A stretch of 64,000 nucleotides of DNA from positions 30,196,001 through 30,260,000 of the forward strand of contig NW_024704743.1 of the NCBI RefSeq assembly GCF_018977255.1, written 5' to 3'. Below, one piece after another: positions 25,040 to 38,187 of the stretch (within the stretch, counting starts at the first letter, position 1; each line of letters starts with the position of its first letter). The translations under genes and the position numbers were made by a program. Below the pieces are notes generated by a model that was not told the DNA's origin, did no database searches, and saw nothing but the letters and a program-made list of their open reading frames with translations. The DNA is from Callorhinchus milii. Its lineage: Eukaryota.

Positions 25040-25360
25040 GATGTCAGCCTGGCTCAGTCCGCAACACTGTCAACTCGGAGCCAGAAGATTATGGTTCAAG
25101 TCCTCCATAGCACACTATTCAAAAAGAGAAGGGAGTTTCTCTTGATGTCCTGGCCGGCATTCCACCCCGGATTGCTGGCCAGGTCACCGAGAAAACATTA
25201 TCGGACATTGGTTGTTTGTAGAACACAACTGTGCACAAATTGAATGCTGCGTTCACCTACAAAATACAGTCATTCCGGTTTACAGTAAAATTCTATTAAG
25301 TACTTTTCGGATGCCCTCCCGACATGAAAGGCATTATATCAAATGTAAGGATTATTATTG
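25040..25360 (+). mobile_element. DeuSINE variant C, internally deleted
   Basis: Head TGTCAGCCTGGCTCAG..GGTTCAAGTCC; GAAGGGAGTTTCTCTTGATGTCCTGGCC; tail. Confidence 0.78.
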
Positions 25361-26059
25361 TTATTTTTTGAGGCACATTAAATGCTCTCTTCTTTTTGAT
25401 CTTGATCCCATCTTATGCAATGCAAGAGAGCAAGTGACACGTGGATACAGTTTAAGTTTAAGGAAGTCAACCGCAACAGGGAGGTTGCAATTTTACATAC
25501 TGTGGAATGTGCTGTCAAAAAAACACTAGTGTATCAAAGGATATGGAGAATCTGCAGGGGATTGGGACTAGTGTGGATCAGCACCTGCACAGGCACAGTG
25601 GGCCAAATGGTTTCCTTTTCTGTGTCGCAATTATGATGATTCTTTGAAGCAGGAATACCACAAAGAGGAATAGGCAGAGATGTAAAATGAGTCAAAGGAA
25701 GAAAAACTATTACATTACTTGCCTTGCTAACCAGGAGGGAAATAATTAATATATTTTAAAGAGAAAGGCACAAGATGAAAGGATCCTATAGAAAAAAATG
25801 TTTTGCCAGTTTTTTGTTTGACATCAAGGTTAAATTATCCACAGGAATTTATTTTTCTGACCAAGAATAATTCAACATCATTTCCAATTAAGTTTGACAT
25901 CAGTCAGCCACTGTATCACTGCCTTTAGCAGCAAGTGCAATAATCCCATCAATTATAATGTTCCTGTCCAGAAAGGTACAGCGCACAAGAAATGAAACAG
26001 ATCTCTCTCTCTCTCCGTTGCATATGAAGAAAGAACAAATTATGAATTAGTTCAATTTC

Positions 26060-26725
26060 TTAATGAAGTGAAGTGAATGTACCTTGAAGCTTGCTCTCTC
26101 ATGTCTTAATAGGAAGCACATGGATGGGAGAGGATTTGTCAAGGGGAAGCAGAAAGAAACCTAAAGGTCTTAGATGACTTGTTGCTTACCGTGTCTAAAA
26201 AGAATGAAACAGTGTTAAGCAAGGCAAATAGGATCTTCAACTCCATTGTTAAATCAATTGACATTAGATCTCCAGAAGTCATGCTTGACCTGCATAGTAC
26301 TCTGGTCAGGACATGCTTGGAGTGCTACGTGCAGTTCTGGTAGAGTGACACAAAAAGGCTGCTCTTGTGATACAAGGTACAGAGTGGAGAGGAAAAGCAA
26401 CAAGATTGATTCTCAGTGTTAGAGGGATGAACTGTGAGGGAGGATCAGGTAAGCCTGAGCTCTTCAGATACTTTTCAGAGGGGACCTTATAGAGGAATGT
26501 ATGCCACATGGGATTGAGAAATTAAACCCTGAACAGTCCTTTCAGATATGCCAAGGCAGCAGGACTAGAGGTCACAGGTTTAAGGTTGGGAAGGGTGATT
26601 TCAGGATAGATACCAGGAAGTCTTTCTTTACCCAGAGGGTGATTGATAACCGAATGGGTTACCAGGAAAGATGAATGTAGCCAGGACACTGGAGGCATTT
26701 GAAAAACAGCTTGATGCTGCAATAT
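26060..26725 (+). mobile_element. Old CR1 LINE 3' fragment
   Basis: AAGGCAAATAGGAT; CTGGTCAGGACATGCTTGGAGTGCTACGTGCAGTTCTGG (LVR.HLE..VQFW-like); TTCTTTACCCAGAGGGTG. Confidence 0.75.
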
Positions 26726-27137
26726 GATCAATAATGGTTTGTACCACTCTTGCAATCTTGTGCACCATGTCCCTGTCTAATTTCAGCCTCTTGAAATGAT
26801 GTGGCTATACTATCACCAGTGCCAAGCTCAGCGGTCTGAAAGCGGGCAAGCAAGATCATTTTCCCAACTCACCGGTCGCACTTCACTCAGCGGCCCTGAT
26901 ATATCAGAGCTGAGGTTGCATTCTGGTTTTCAATAGACTTGAGAAAGCTAAATGGGAAGAAGTGACTGGAACAAGTCATTAAAGAAAACCGATAGAGAGT
27001 GTGAACACTGCCTTTTGTGCAGGTCTCAGCAGTGACCAGAATTGCAGGAATGAGGAAAGCAGTGAATATCTCATGTTTGAACTATCCATCTACACTCTCT
27101 CACCAATATATCCTGTGAGATCCCAGAGACTTAATAG

Positions 27138-27178
<41 letters not shown>

Positions 27179-27481
27179 CCTTGCATTTGATGTAGCGCTT
27201 TTCACGTCGGGAGGACGTCCCAAAGCGCTTCACAGAACACACTGTAAAGCAAATTGACTGTATATTTGTGGGCGAACGCGGCAGCCAATTGCGCACAGCA
27301 ATGTCCCACAAACAGTCGTAGATTGAAAATGACCAATTTATTATTGGTTTTGGTTTTGGAGGGATTATTATTAGGCGTGTGGAGTAAGGAAACTTGCCCA
27401 AGGTTTTGCCCTCTGCCTGAAATTGAACTCAGGTCTCTCGCTTGCAAAGCGAGTGCTCTAACCACTGAGCTACAGGACTCC
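27138..27481 (-). mobile_element. Full-length young tRNA-SINE (variant A)
   Basis: Complete head with A and B boxes, core, tail and a long (TTA)n run. Confidence 0.95.
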
Positions 27482-27774
27482 ACGAGATGATATGAGACAT
27501 ATTAAAGTGACGCTTATTTAATGATTCACAGTATTCTAACGTTTGGATACAAACATCCAGACTTCTAGAAAACATGAAAAGTGCTATATCAAATGCAATG
27601 ATTACTATTACATTATAGCATCCATTTTTTTGCTCGGTGAATGTGTGTTTGTGGCTGAACACCTAGTTCTTCTCCATCTTCTTTGAAATGAACCAATGTT
27701 TGGTGTATGTTTCACTAGAAAGGTGCTAGACACAAAGCAGAAATAAAATAATCAGCAATAGCCACAGCCACTAA

Positions 27775-27839
27775 TAAATCAACAATATCAAGTAGGTAAC
27801 CCATGTTGAATGGGTTACCTACTTGATATTGTTGATTTA
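27775..27839. repeat. Perfect inverted repeat, 30-bp arms and 5-nt loop
   Basis: TAAATCAACAATATCAAGTAGGTAACCCAT-GTTGA-ATGGGTTACCTACTTGATATTGTTGATTTA. Confidence 0.97.
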
Positions 27840-29070
27840 AGACTTTTTATACCCTTGAGTCAACCAAAGCCAGTTGTTCCATTTAGAAATTGTGGTTCCA
27901 TAAGCTCTGTCACATCTGTTTAAATGTGCATCATTTTGAATGATGTAAATGCCATTCCATGTAGTATTGCTTCTTCTATTCTAACATCCTCTGCCATTTA
28001 CCTTTCTTAAAGAGGCTCTCAACTGATACATAAATTGTTCCACTTTCATTGCACGGCACACATATCTATGAACTGGGCAGATATTATATGCAGGAACATC
28101 TCCCTGTTATACCCCTGCGAGTTCAAAATCTAAACATATTGCAAATTGAGTGATTCACAAGCTCTCCTCTATGAATTTCCTAAGCTATGAATATCATAGA
28201 TTCATTTTATTTTAAGGGAAATCAGAATTACTGCTGCATGTGCTATCTTGATATGTATTACATGGACACTGCTTCTGCCTGTGACTGCATGGTGCTGCTG
28301 GATAAGAACCCATTACAGAGAAGCTTAAGTGGGATAGTCAGCAGAACTCTCTGAAACACAGAGATACACGAACAGAGAGATTGAGGCACAAATAGACAAT
28401 CTGTTGTAAGCTGATAGATCAGGCTTGAAGCGCGACACATGTAAAAGCTTCATCGCAAGGCAATAGTGTTTGGGTTTGTGATCACTGTCGTTCCACAATG
28501 ACTGAGGGAACTGTTTTCAGGAGAAGGTTCTCAGAGAAGAAGATTTAATGAGCTTGTTGGGGTTCAACCTGCAACTTGTTTGTGCCGGAATAGAACATGT
28601 AATGCTGCACAAAGCTCCATGTGCACCATGCACTCTAGACACAGATGACATACACAGAATTCATATTTAGCCCAACAACACCAATGTCCAGGGTGCTTTG
28701 ACACAAATGGATGGAAAATGTAAGACACCGCTATGCACGATTGTCTGCCGCATTTTGCCCACAAAAATACACAGTTCTGTGAAGCTCCTTGAGACGTCTC
28801 AACGACGTGGTAAGGTGCTATATCAAATGCAAGTATTATTATTATTATAAGCTAAGAAGCATGGTTATTTCTCACTTTTATTCTTAATGTATGCTTATTA
28901 AAAATGTACTTTGAAACAAAATTAGAGTGCTTTTGTGCTATACAGTGTGATTATTTTACACCCAACGTGTTGCAACCTGTATGTGTGTTTTCGCACGTTT
29001 CTGACTAATTTATATCTATGAAAGGATTTGTAGGAGCAAAACTTTCAGGTATGTCTCTCTGGACCATTAT

Positions 29071-29515
29071 GTGTCAGCCTGGCTCATTTGGTAGCAGTCT
29101 CGCCTCTGACTAAGATGGTTGTTGGTTCAAGCCCCACATCGGGACGTTGAACTCATTTTGGCTAAGATTACACTCTAATTCAGTGCTGGAGGTGTGCTAC
29201 ATTTTTGGAGGTGCCGTCCTTTGGATGAGACTTTAAATCTGTCTTTCTGTCCTGTCTTTATGTCCAAGTGGATGTTAAAGATCCTATGCATTATTCGAAG
29301 AGAGAAGGGAGTTTTTGCCAGTGTCCTGGCCAACAATTCCTAAATAAAATTGGTCATTCACTTCATGGCTGTTTGTGGGACATTACTGTGTTCAAATTGG
29401 CTGCAGCATTCACCCACAAAAATATATTCACTACATTTTACCGTATATTCTTTGAAGTGCTTTGAAGCATGCTCCAGTTGTGAAAGGCGCAACATCAAAT
29501 GTAAGGATTATTACT
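29071..29515 (+). mobile_element. Near full-length DeuSINE (SacSINE1/AmnSINE1-like, variant C)
   Basis: tRNA-like head TGGCTCATTTGGTAGC..GGTTCAAGCCC; Deu-type central GGAGGTGCCGTCCTTTGGATGAGAC..GTGGATGTTAAAGATCC; L2-like tail. Confidence 0.85.
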
Positions 29516-31867
29516 ATCATCTCCCATACTGATAGGATAAAAGTGCCCTCTTTCTACCCGTTGAAAGTATCCATAGTCAAATGTGTCTGAGGAGGTTCAA
29601 TCCCGTTGCTGATGAGTACAAGCCCTCACAGCAATTGGCAAACTTCCCGTTGCCGCAGTTACACAGCAGGAGCAATGTGGTATCGCTTCTAGTAGTGGAG
29701 ATTTGGCACTGGAAACATAGTTGCACTGCTCACAGTGAATTCCTCTCGCCTAGGGCCGAGTTTAAAGAAAGCAGAGCTTTGTGCATCCAAAGCATAGCTT
29801 CCTCTGCTTCGCACTGAGTGACGCCTATTTTACTAAATGTTCTTGAAGAGCTTGGAATGCAGGAAGCTCTCGAATAATGTTAGAAAACTTGGGGATTTTT
29901 AAACATGATCCCCTCCTGCATCAGCTACTGTAAAACCAAGTTGTCCTGGGAGGCAATCACAGAATTTATTTAACCATTTGGCCATAGTACCTGTGCTTGT
30001 TCTCTGTAAGAGCTCTCTGTTCAATCCCCCTCCCCTGCCTGTTTCCACCATCTCCTCCTATATTTTTATCTTTCTTCAAAAATGTTCGCAACCATTTGGT
30101 TCTGGAACCAGCTCTCATACTCAAATCAATTACACTGAAAATCAAGTTCTGATAAATTTCTGGACTGTGTCATTTCACTGGAGCTTCAGACTGTCGGAAT
30201 GGCTGGGATGGTAAAGTGCCACTAGGGTGGGAGGGGCATGTGTGTAGGTTTCATCAGCCGAGCATGTGTTTTACTGGTTAGCCTCAGTTGTTATTATGTC
30301 AATAAGTCAAGCTGTCAGCTCTCAGCAAGGCCTTGAAGAGATACATTACAGATGTGCAGTGAATAATCAGAAAAAGAGAGCTGCTGTTACAGGGTCCCTG
30401 TAGCAGATGAAGTCGAGCCGTATTGGTGACACCTGTAGCACTCTCTGACCTACCCTACTGCTGAAGGAGAATGTATGGAGGTAAATGTACCTCTACGTAG
30501 AAACTTGAAAGAGTAAAATGTAACATGTATCATTTGACTTCTATTTGAGAATGTTTTCACTATTACCCTGGCATGTTACCAGTATCACATGTAATATACA
30601 CAGTGCAATATATAGTCTGTATCCTTTCCCATGCCTAACTCAGCACATCCATCACACCTATCCTCGCTAGGCTCCATTAGCTCCCTGTGTTAGAGATTCA
30701 CATCACAAGAGAGATGTGGATGAAGAAGGCCTTTTGGCCTATTTGACCTCATTGATGCAAAATACCTGCCATACCATTCCCCACCCCACACCCATTACAC
30801 GTCAAACTGTTTCTTAAATGGGCAGCTGGTGATTCTCTTGTTAAATCCCGGAGACAACCTTGGAACTCTGCTTTACATGTTATCAAGTGCATTGCTTCTT
30901 CGGTGACCATTCAAATGCTAATCTCTGATCAGGAGCAACATTGGAGCAGACAAATCCTCTTGGGTATCTGAGACCTTGGTAACTAAAAAGAGTGGAGGGG
31001 AATGGAGAGGGGAGGTGTGACTGACTCATTGGATCAGGCACACACACTTTAAATAAGTGGATATTTTCCCCCTGCTCTTGAAGGCTGTAACTCGCTCCAG
31101 CAGTTCCTGCCCTCAAATGTGAATTCTTCATGCCTGTGCCTGGAAAGTGAGATCTTGCACAGTTAACCTAAGTGCTGTCCTTTTCAGTGTTGGCTCATCA
31201 GAAGATCAGACCCGCCAGTGTAATGGGAAAGAACATCTTTGGGAGGGCAATGAAGACATGTTAATTTAACAGAAATCGGCTGTAATAACTAGGAACAAGA
31301 AATAAATATTCCTTCACTGACCACACATAGCCCATAGCTTGTAAATCCCAGCAGTGAAAAGGTGCAATGACAGGTACATTAGTACTATTGGTTTTGTGGG
31401 ACTATGAGCATTGAAACTGCACATAGTCACAGTATAAACATAATCATTTCCTTGTATCACAACTGGTCTCGTGGGATTAGGCTCCAGCCTTTCTTAATCT
31501 TAAAACAAAGGCAGCTGCTCTGGGATTAAATACATTCCCTCTGTTATGGTTACCATTTACAATCTGAAGTTTCATTTGAATCAGATATTCTTATTAATTT
31601 TTAATAGCAGCAATTGTACGACTTTTGTCTTTCATATGATTTCATCTCCAGGCAACAGTACCATAAGAGAGATGACACTGTATATTAATGTAAAACATCT
31701 TTCAAAGGGAAAGGAAGAATTAAAAGAGTTTAGTTTGTATGTGTTTGTGTGGTGGGGAGGAGAGGAAGAGGTGGATACGAGGTGGAGAAGGGGAAGAGGA
31801 GAGTGGGTCAATTTGAAATGACTGAGAGAACAGGTGTTTCTTACAAGAAACATAGAACATGAAACAA

Positions 31868-32231
31868 GGTTAGATCACTCGCCTTGTTCGCGAGAGGACC
31901 CGGGTTTGATTCCCGGGGAGGACAAAACCTTAGGCAAGTTTCCTTCCTCCATACACTTCTGTTTTCCTATCAGTAAGTAGGAATCTGGTTGTTAGATGAT
32001 TGGCGGATCACTTTCCGGGAGTAATAATCCCTTCAAAATAATAAAATAAACAATAATAATTTGGGCAATCAGTCCACGACTTTTGTGGGACCCTGCTGTG
32101 TGCAATTGGCTGCTGCATTAGCCCACAAAACACATAGTCAATTCACTTTACAGTATATTCTGTGAATTGCTTTGAGGTTTCTCAATGACTTGATAAGGTA
32201 CTGTAACAAATGGAAGGATTATTATTATTAT
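31868..32231 (+). mobile_element. Near full-length tRNA-SINE variant B
   Basis: GGTTTGATTCCC B box, B-specific insert, core and (TTA)n tail. Confidence 0.88.
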
Positions 32232-32596
32232 AAATACACAGAAGAACCGAGACCTGAAAAAGACTAAAGACCTGGAAAAGGTTACTTGGTAATTGTGTAC
32301 TGTGTAGCGATTATTTAGAATTGGGAGCCAGTACTTTCACGTAGACGGTTTCTACGATTCGATGAAAGAGGAAATTGTGATGTGTGCCCAAACCACATTT
32401 CATTCCTTAATTAGCATGTTCATTAATTAAACTTCATGGACTAACTAAAAACTGCAATGCAAACCTATTGACAGCCTTGTCAGAAGGCTGGCACAAGTCT
32501 ACTGTTTCACACAAGACAAATATCTATCAAACTGAATTAGGCTGCATGTTATTGTGCCAACAATTTCTATTTTGTAACACTCATAAGATGCTCCAT

Positions 32597-33203
32597 CAAC
32601 AACAACAACAATAAAATTACGTTTGTATTTAATGCCTTTTACGTCGGGAGGAAATCCCAAGGAGCTGGACAATCAGTGTTTCGGACCCAAGCTAGGGGTT
32701 GCGATCGGGGAGCATGGAGGGCCGAGGGGAAGGAGGGTGCCCGAAGGCTCAGTTGAAGAGGAGGATCTTCAGATGGGTCTTGAAGGAGGCAAAGGAAGGG
32801 ATGAGCTGGAGGGACTTTGGGTTGGAGTTCCAGAGGTTGGGGGCAGAGTGGCAGAAGCATGGCCCGCCGATGATGGGGCAGGTGAGGCGGGGGACGTGAA
32901 GCAGGCCGGAGCCCACTTGGAGGAGGGAATGGGCAGGTTGGTAGGGGGTTAAGAGGTCACAGAGGTAGGGGGGAAGCAAGGCCATGGAGGGCTTTGAAGA
33001 TAAGGACCAGGATCTTGGACTGTATCCTCTGTGTGATGGGTAGCCAATTTTGTCGGGCGAGGATGGGGGTGATAAGGTCACGGAGCCTGGTGCGTGAGAG
33101 TACATGGGCTGCAGAGGTCTAGATGATCTACAGCCTGTGGAGGGAGGAGTTGGGGAGGCCGACAAGCAGGTAGTTTGCGTAGTCAAGCCTAGATGTTACG
33201 AAT
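32597..33203 (-). mobile_element. L2 3' fragment
   Basis: Peptide IIGGPCFCHSAPNLWNSNPKSLQLIPSFASFKTHLKILLFN; (CAA)n tail. Confidence 0.9.
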
Positions 33204-34292
33204 GTAACTTGCATGAATGATTGGATTGTGTTTCCTTGGCAATTTTCTCTTCTTTTTCTTGAGTCAGCTAACCTGAAGGGTCTAACTGTTCATTGGCCTG
33301 TAGTCCTATAGTTTGCCAAGAGCTAACTTTGTGTACGACTGAGTGGAAACTAGTTATTAAGTATCAGTGCATGGTCATTGTAAGATTAGTTTTTAAAACT
33401 TAGGACATGGCAAGAGGAAGAGAAGTGATTAGCAAAGCAATTCAAAAATATTTCATTCAGCATTTGAAGTATGTCAAAAGTGCTATTGGTCTCAACATTA
33501 TTTTACCCACAGGCTAACTTATGACTGGAACAGGTTTCCAGGGAGGGTGTTAAGACAAAGACACTGGACTCATTTAAGAAACAGCTAATAAAGTGACATT
33601 AGGATGAATATTCTGGGAGTTTGAGTTCAAATGGACGGAAGGGTTTTTTACATCTAGGATATACTGCAAACTGGTGTGACTATGTATTTTGTGGGAGAAA
33701 CAACACAGTCACATCACTTTATTGTATATCCTAAGAGCTTTGAAATATCTTGATGATGTGATAAGGCGCTATATCAAATGCAAGGATTATTATTATTAAT
33801 ATCCAAATTTCTCTTGTAATTTTGTAACCTGCTCAAATGCCATATGAGAGACAACAATCTCTTACTTACCAGAGGCAAATACCAACAATATACACTGAAC
33901 AATTTGGAAATAAAAATAATGTACCCTTTTTAAATTCACCATTGACTGATTGAACACAACAATCCTGTTTCAAAGATCTAATAAAAGATCCTTATGTTTA
34001 ATGCTCAGCATATGATCGACTCCAACACTGGGGGTGCTCTTGCTTTGCACAGAACCGTGACTAAGACAAAACTAAGACGGTGCTGGATAATGTATTTCAG
34101 TCAAAGAGTTCAGATGATATGTTCTCTAATACAAAAGCTTAACCAATCCATAGATTGCTAGAGGTAAAACTTGATTTAAGTAATTTCCGCTATTCAAAAT
34201 TCATACTTTTGTGTCAAATTGGCACTCATTAAGTTGAGTGATTTTGTTTTTAGTGGTTTATATCACCTGGGGGTGAGGCTTTATTTTGTAAT

Positions 34293-34505
34293 TAATAATA
34301 ATCCTTGCATTTGATATAGCGCCTTATCACATCTTCGAAACGTCTCAGCGTCTTGGGACATCCTCCTGACATGAAAGGCACTATACAAATGTAATTTTGT
34401 TATTGTCTTAAAGTTCTTCACAGAATATACTGTAAAGTGAATATTTTATGGGCGAAATGCTGCATCCAATTACACACAGCAGTGTGCACAAACAGTCATG
34501 GATTA
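34293..34505 (-). mobile_element. SINE 3' half carrying a nested 57-bp L2 tail (34348-34404, +)
   Basis: SINE tail is interrupted by GCGTCTTGGGACATCCTCCTGACATGAAAGGCACTATACAAATGTAATTTTGTTATT. Confidence 0.82.
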
Positions 34506-36464
34506 ATTATTCTGAAATATTTATTCTATATATGATCCAAGTAATCTTCTTCCATTAGATTAATGTCTTGCTGTCCCTTCCAGGGATACATTATTTTATA
34601 CACTGAGCACCCCATTTTAATACACTTCACTGGATCACTTATAATGTAAGTGTCCTGTAGAAAGGTTTGAGAGGTCAGTTATGGCTGACCAGCCAGCGTC
34701 CAGCACACTACGCTGTGAGCAGGAAACTGGCCAGATCATACCAGAAGCCAGACGTGATATCAACAGTGATCTGATCAAATACATTAGATTCCTGCAATCA
34801 CTTCCAGATAATGTCTTATTTTTCTGGTCCTATTTCGTCTGAAAATCATTCTGTGAGCTGAAGAATGATTATTTAGGATTCTGGCTCCATTATAAGGGAA
34901 TAGTTGTTACAATTGAAGAAAGATATTTATTATAAAAATAAATTAGTTTAGCTAGCTTACATGAAAAAAAGCTCTGAAAGATTTTTAATATAATATATGA
35001 AAGTTAGGGCCTGTAAAGGGTGTGGGGACAGGGCAGGTAAAGTATGCCTTTCTCTGAGAACCACTACAGACTCAATGGGCCAAAGGGCCTTCTCCTGTGC
35101 TGTAAATGTTTGAAAAATGTAGAATATTGCCAGTAACAATATCCTATTTATGCGCCAGTCTAACAATTTAGTAACGGCCATGGGCATGGAGCAAATGCTA
35201 ATTCAGTAACCTTTTGGATTGATTTAGCACTTAGAATAAAGCTTCACCTGGTGCTGTCAAACAGTTTGCGTTTCAATAAAGTTTGTATGAAGATAGATTG
35301 GGAAACAAACAAGCTGGCCACAGCACGTTGAAAATGGCCTTGCTCCGTGTCCTTGTGTAATCATGCATTTGTTGAGAGCTTGTGATGAATAGTCATTATA
35401 TAACTACTGTACCATTGTTTACAGAATGCACAAATATCCCTTCTCTGCTCTTTCTTTAGATAAGGCACAATGGGGGCACAACACAGAATTAGCAGCCTCC
35501 CCCCACCACCCACTGGCTATGTGTGCCCTGTGAGACTACACATACAAAGGCATACAAGTTCCAGCAGCATCAAAACTTTCACCTGTTTGTTACTTTCACC
35601 TATTTCACTCTCATCATCAGTTTTACTTAAAATTAGCCAGCATTCACCTGCAAGCCAGCAGCTGCTTCTCTTTCATGCGTCCTTGTATTTACGGGATAAT
35701 CTTTTTTGACATCCAGAAGAACGGTTCTTTATGAGTTTTAAGACCACAAATACAAATGTAAGGCACTGTACGAACAATGTATTCACATTTGTTGATTAGA
35801 GCCAATATGAAATAACAAAACAACCTCCCTCCTCTGGTCTGGAACATCTATCAAACTGCAAACATTCGTATCCACTATTAACCTCCGTGGTGTGACTTGA
35901 TCTTGCTTATTTAGCGAATCTTTAGATTCAACTAAGCGTGAGGGTGACAACAAGCAGAGTTAGATTCCTGAACAAAACTATCAAAGTGATGTTTGCTGAA
36001 GAGCAAAACCTTTCTTTGAGGAAGGAGGTCTGATATCATCCCTTGTGATTTTTATCTATGTGTTTGGTCCTGGTTCTTTCAGTATTGCTAACCTGCATCA
36101 CATAAAAATACTTGCTGCCTGCAGTCAAGACCAAGTTATTATGTCTGTAATAGAATTCTACTTGCATAGACTAGCTCCCGAGGTCCTTTTGTTTAGTGTT
36201 CAAAGGCTCCTGTACCATCTGCCAGTCCCCTAGGTAGGTTAAGGTATGCTGGATACTGTGTGTAGAGCCTTCAAGTGTGCAATAATGCAAAGGGCTCAGA
36301 AAACCTATATCAAAGAGCAACGCTGGACATGAAACTCTTGGGAGGGAGGGATGTCTTTCATAAGCAAAGATAGCATTTTATAAAATATATGACAGGCTCG
36401 TGACTGTTCAGATGCACATCACTACACCATTTGCCCACAGTCAATGCATTTAGTGCCATCGGTC

Positions 36465-36648
36465 AACCGCCTTCCCCTCCCCTCCCTTCTCCCTCCCTGA
36501 CCCCAGCTCGGGTCCGTGAAACGCCTTGGGACGTCCTCCCGACGTGAAATGCGCTATACAAATGTAATCTTGTTGTATATTCTGTGAAGCGCTTTGAATT
36601 GTCTCAACGACATGATAAGGCACTATATCAATGCAAGGATTATTATTA
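36465..36648 (+). mobile_element. L2 3' end directly followed by a SINE 3' end
   Basis: CGCCTTGGGACGTCCTCCCGACGTGAAATGCGCTATACAAATGTAATCTTGTTG, then TATATTCTGTGAAGCGCTTT...(TTA)n. Confidence 0.85.
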
Positions 36649-37819
36649 ATTCAAAACCGCTTGAAAGTTATAAGCAAACAAGGGGCATCACAGATGTGGG
36701 TTTTCTCGTGAGGTGGTTATTCTGTAGCAATTTGTGTTGTGTTAGTTTAATGAGGTGTAATCTGCTCCCCACACCTTTGTATTCAGGCAGCATTCATTAT
36801 TCAGTTAAATTACTGGTATCACCGTGAAATTTGCTCATTGTTCCATGACAATGTCTCAGCTAATAATCAATCAATAAATGTGACAAATACAACTTCTTTT
36901 TGCTTTTGACAAAACAGTGCTGGATTTTGGCCTCTGATCGCTGTACCTTTTACATGCTTATGAGTTGCAATAATCTACACAAGATTCTGCCCACGGTGCT
37001 AGGTTCCAGCTTGAACCGCACGTCATCAAAGTCACCGTATCAAAATAAAACTCGCACAGGCTGTTTAAAGGAAACATCTGCTTTCCTACATTAACGCCGG
37101 CAGCCTGTGCGTCTGTGACTCAGGTTGTTTTTCTCAGTGTAATCAGACGGGTGTAGCTAACGTTCTCTGTTTTTGTAGACCTGTGATCACCCGCTCTTTG
37201 TTGTGCCCTTATTCCACCCTTTTCCATTGCATGGACACTGCCCGACACCCTACGCACTTGGCATTAGGAAGCAGAGCTGCCCAGTTGCTAACATTAATAG
37301 GTGGCCACCTCATACTGGAGAACATTGGGCCACTTGATGGCGCCAATGCATCAAACTCTAAATTCACCATATGCAGTTCCCCTCCCCCAACAGCTCTAGA
37401 CTATGCACAACTAACTGGAAGGAACAGCTGATTCTACACGAGCCAGACTGCGGCAGCTAAGCTTCAATTCTGCACTACCCACAAATGTGTTACCAGTTTG
37501 TCTATAGATTTTTTTGCTGACCTCTGTTTTCTTTATTGTTTGTACCCAGCACAGTTATAGTTATGGGTAGTGAAAGATGTGGGGGGAGGGGAATCATGCA
37601 TATAATGTAAAATCCATAAATGTATCAGCATTTTTTTGATATGAGATTCTGATGAATTTATATATCTCAGGAGACCCAATGACCTTTATGGGAAACGTGA
37701 AGAGACTTTTTTTTTCGGTGGTAAATATGCTGTCTTTAAATCACCCCTTTAAGTTCATTATACTTTGATCTGGTGCTGGAGGTTGGAAGGTAAGAATCAC
37801 AGACAATATGAATTAGTGA

Positions 37820-38030
37820 TAAAGGCAGAAAATGCACAGCCAGTGAAAAGAGACAGGCAGGTTAATGTTTTCAGATATGACCCTTTCGTCTGGTCTGGTG
37901 AAGGGTCACACGCACAATGCTGACTTTCTCTCTCCTACGGATGTTCATTGACCTGCTCGATATTTTGTTTGACATATTCTGTGTTTTTTACTTCTGATTT
38001 CCAGCACTTGCACATTTTTTTTCTTTTCAC
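37820..38030. mobile_element. Degenerate palindromic Penelope-type non-autonomous element
   Basis: Central TGACCCTT...AAGGGTCA palindrome, flanked by CAGAAAATGC..GTTAATGTTTTC and TGACCTGCT..GATTTCCAGCA, as I recall for chondrichthyan Penelope-derived repeats. Confidence 0.55.
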
Positions 38031-38187
38031 TTCTGCATCTCAGCTGGTCAATTGTAAGCGTTTTACCCTTTCTTCAAGTTATCTCTTGTTACATTTTCAA
38101 GAGGTGAAAATTATCCAGGCTTCCTGTTGCACCCCCCCACCCAACTACTCCATTCCCAGTGGTACAGCTGGCCACTGTCTAGTATGA

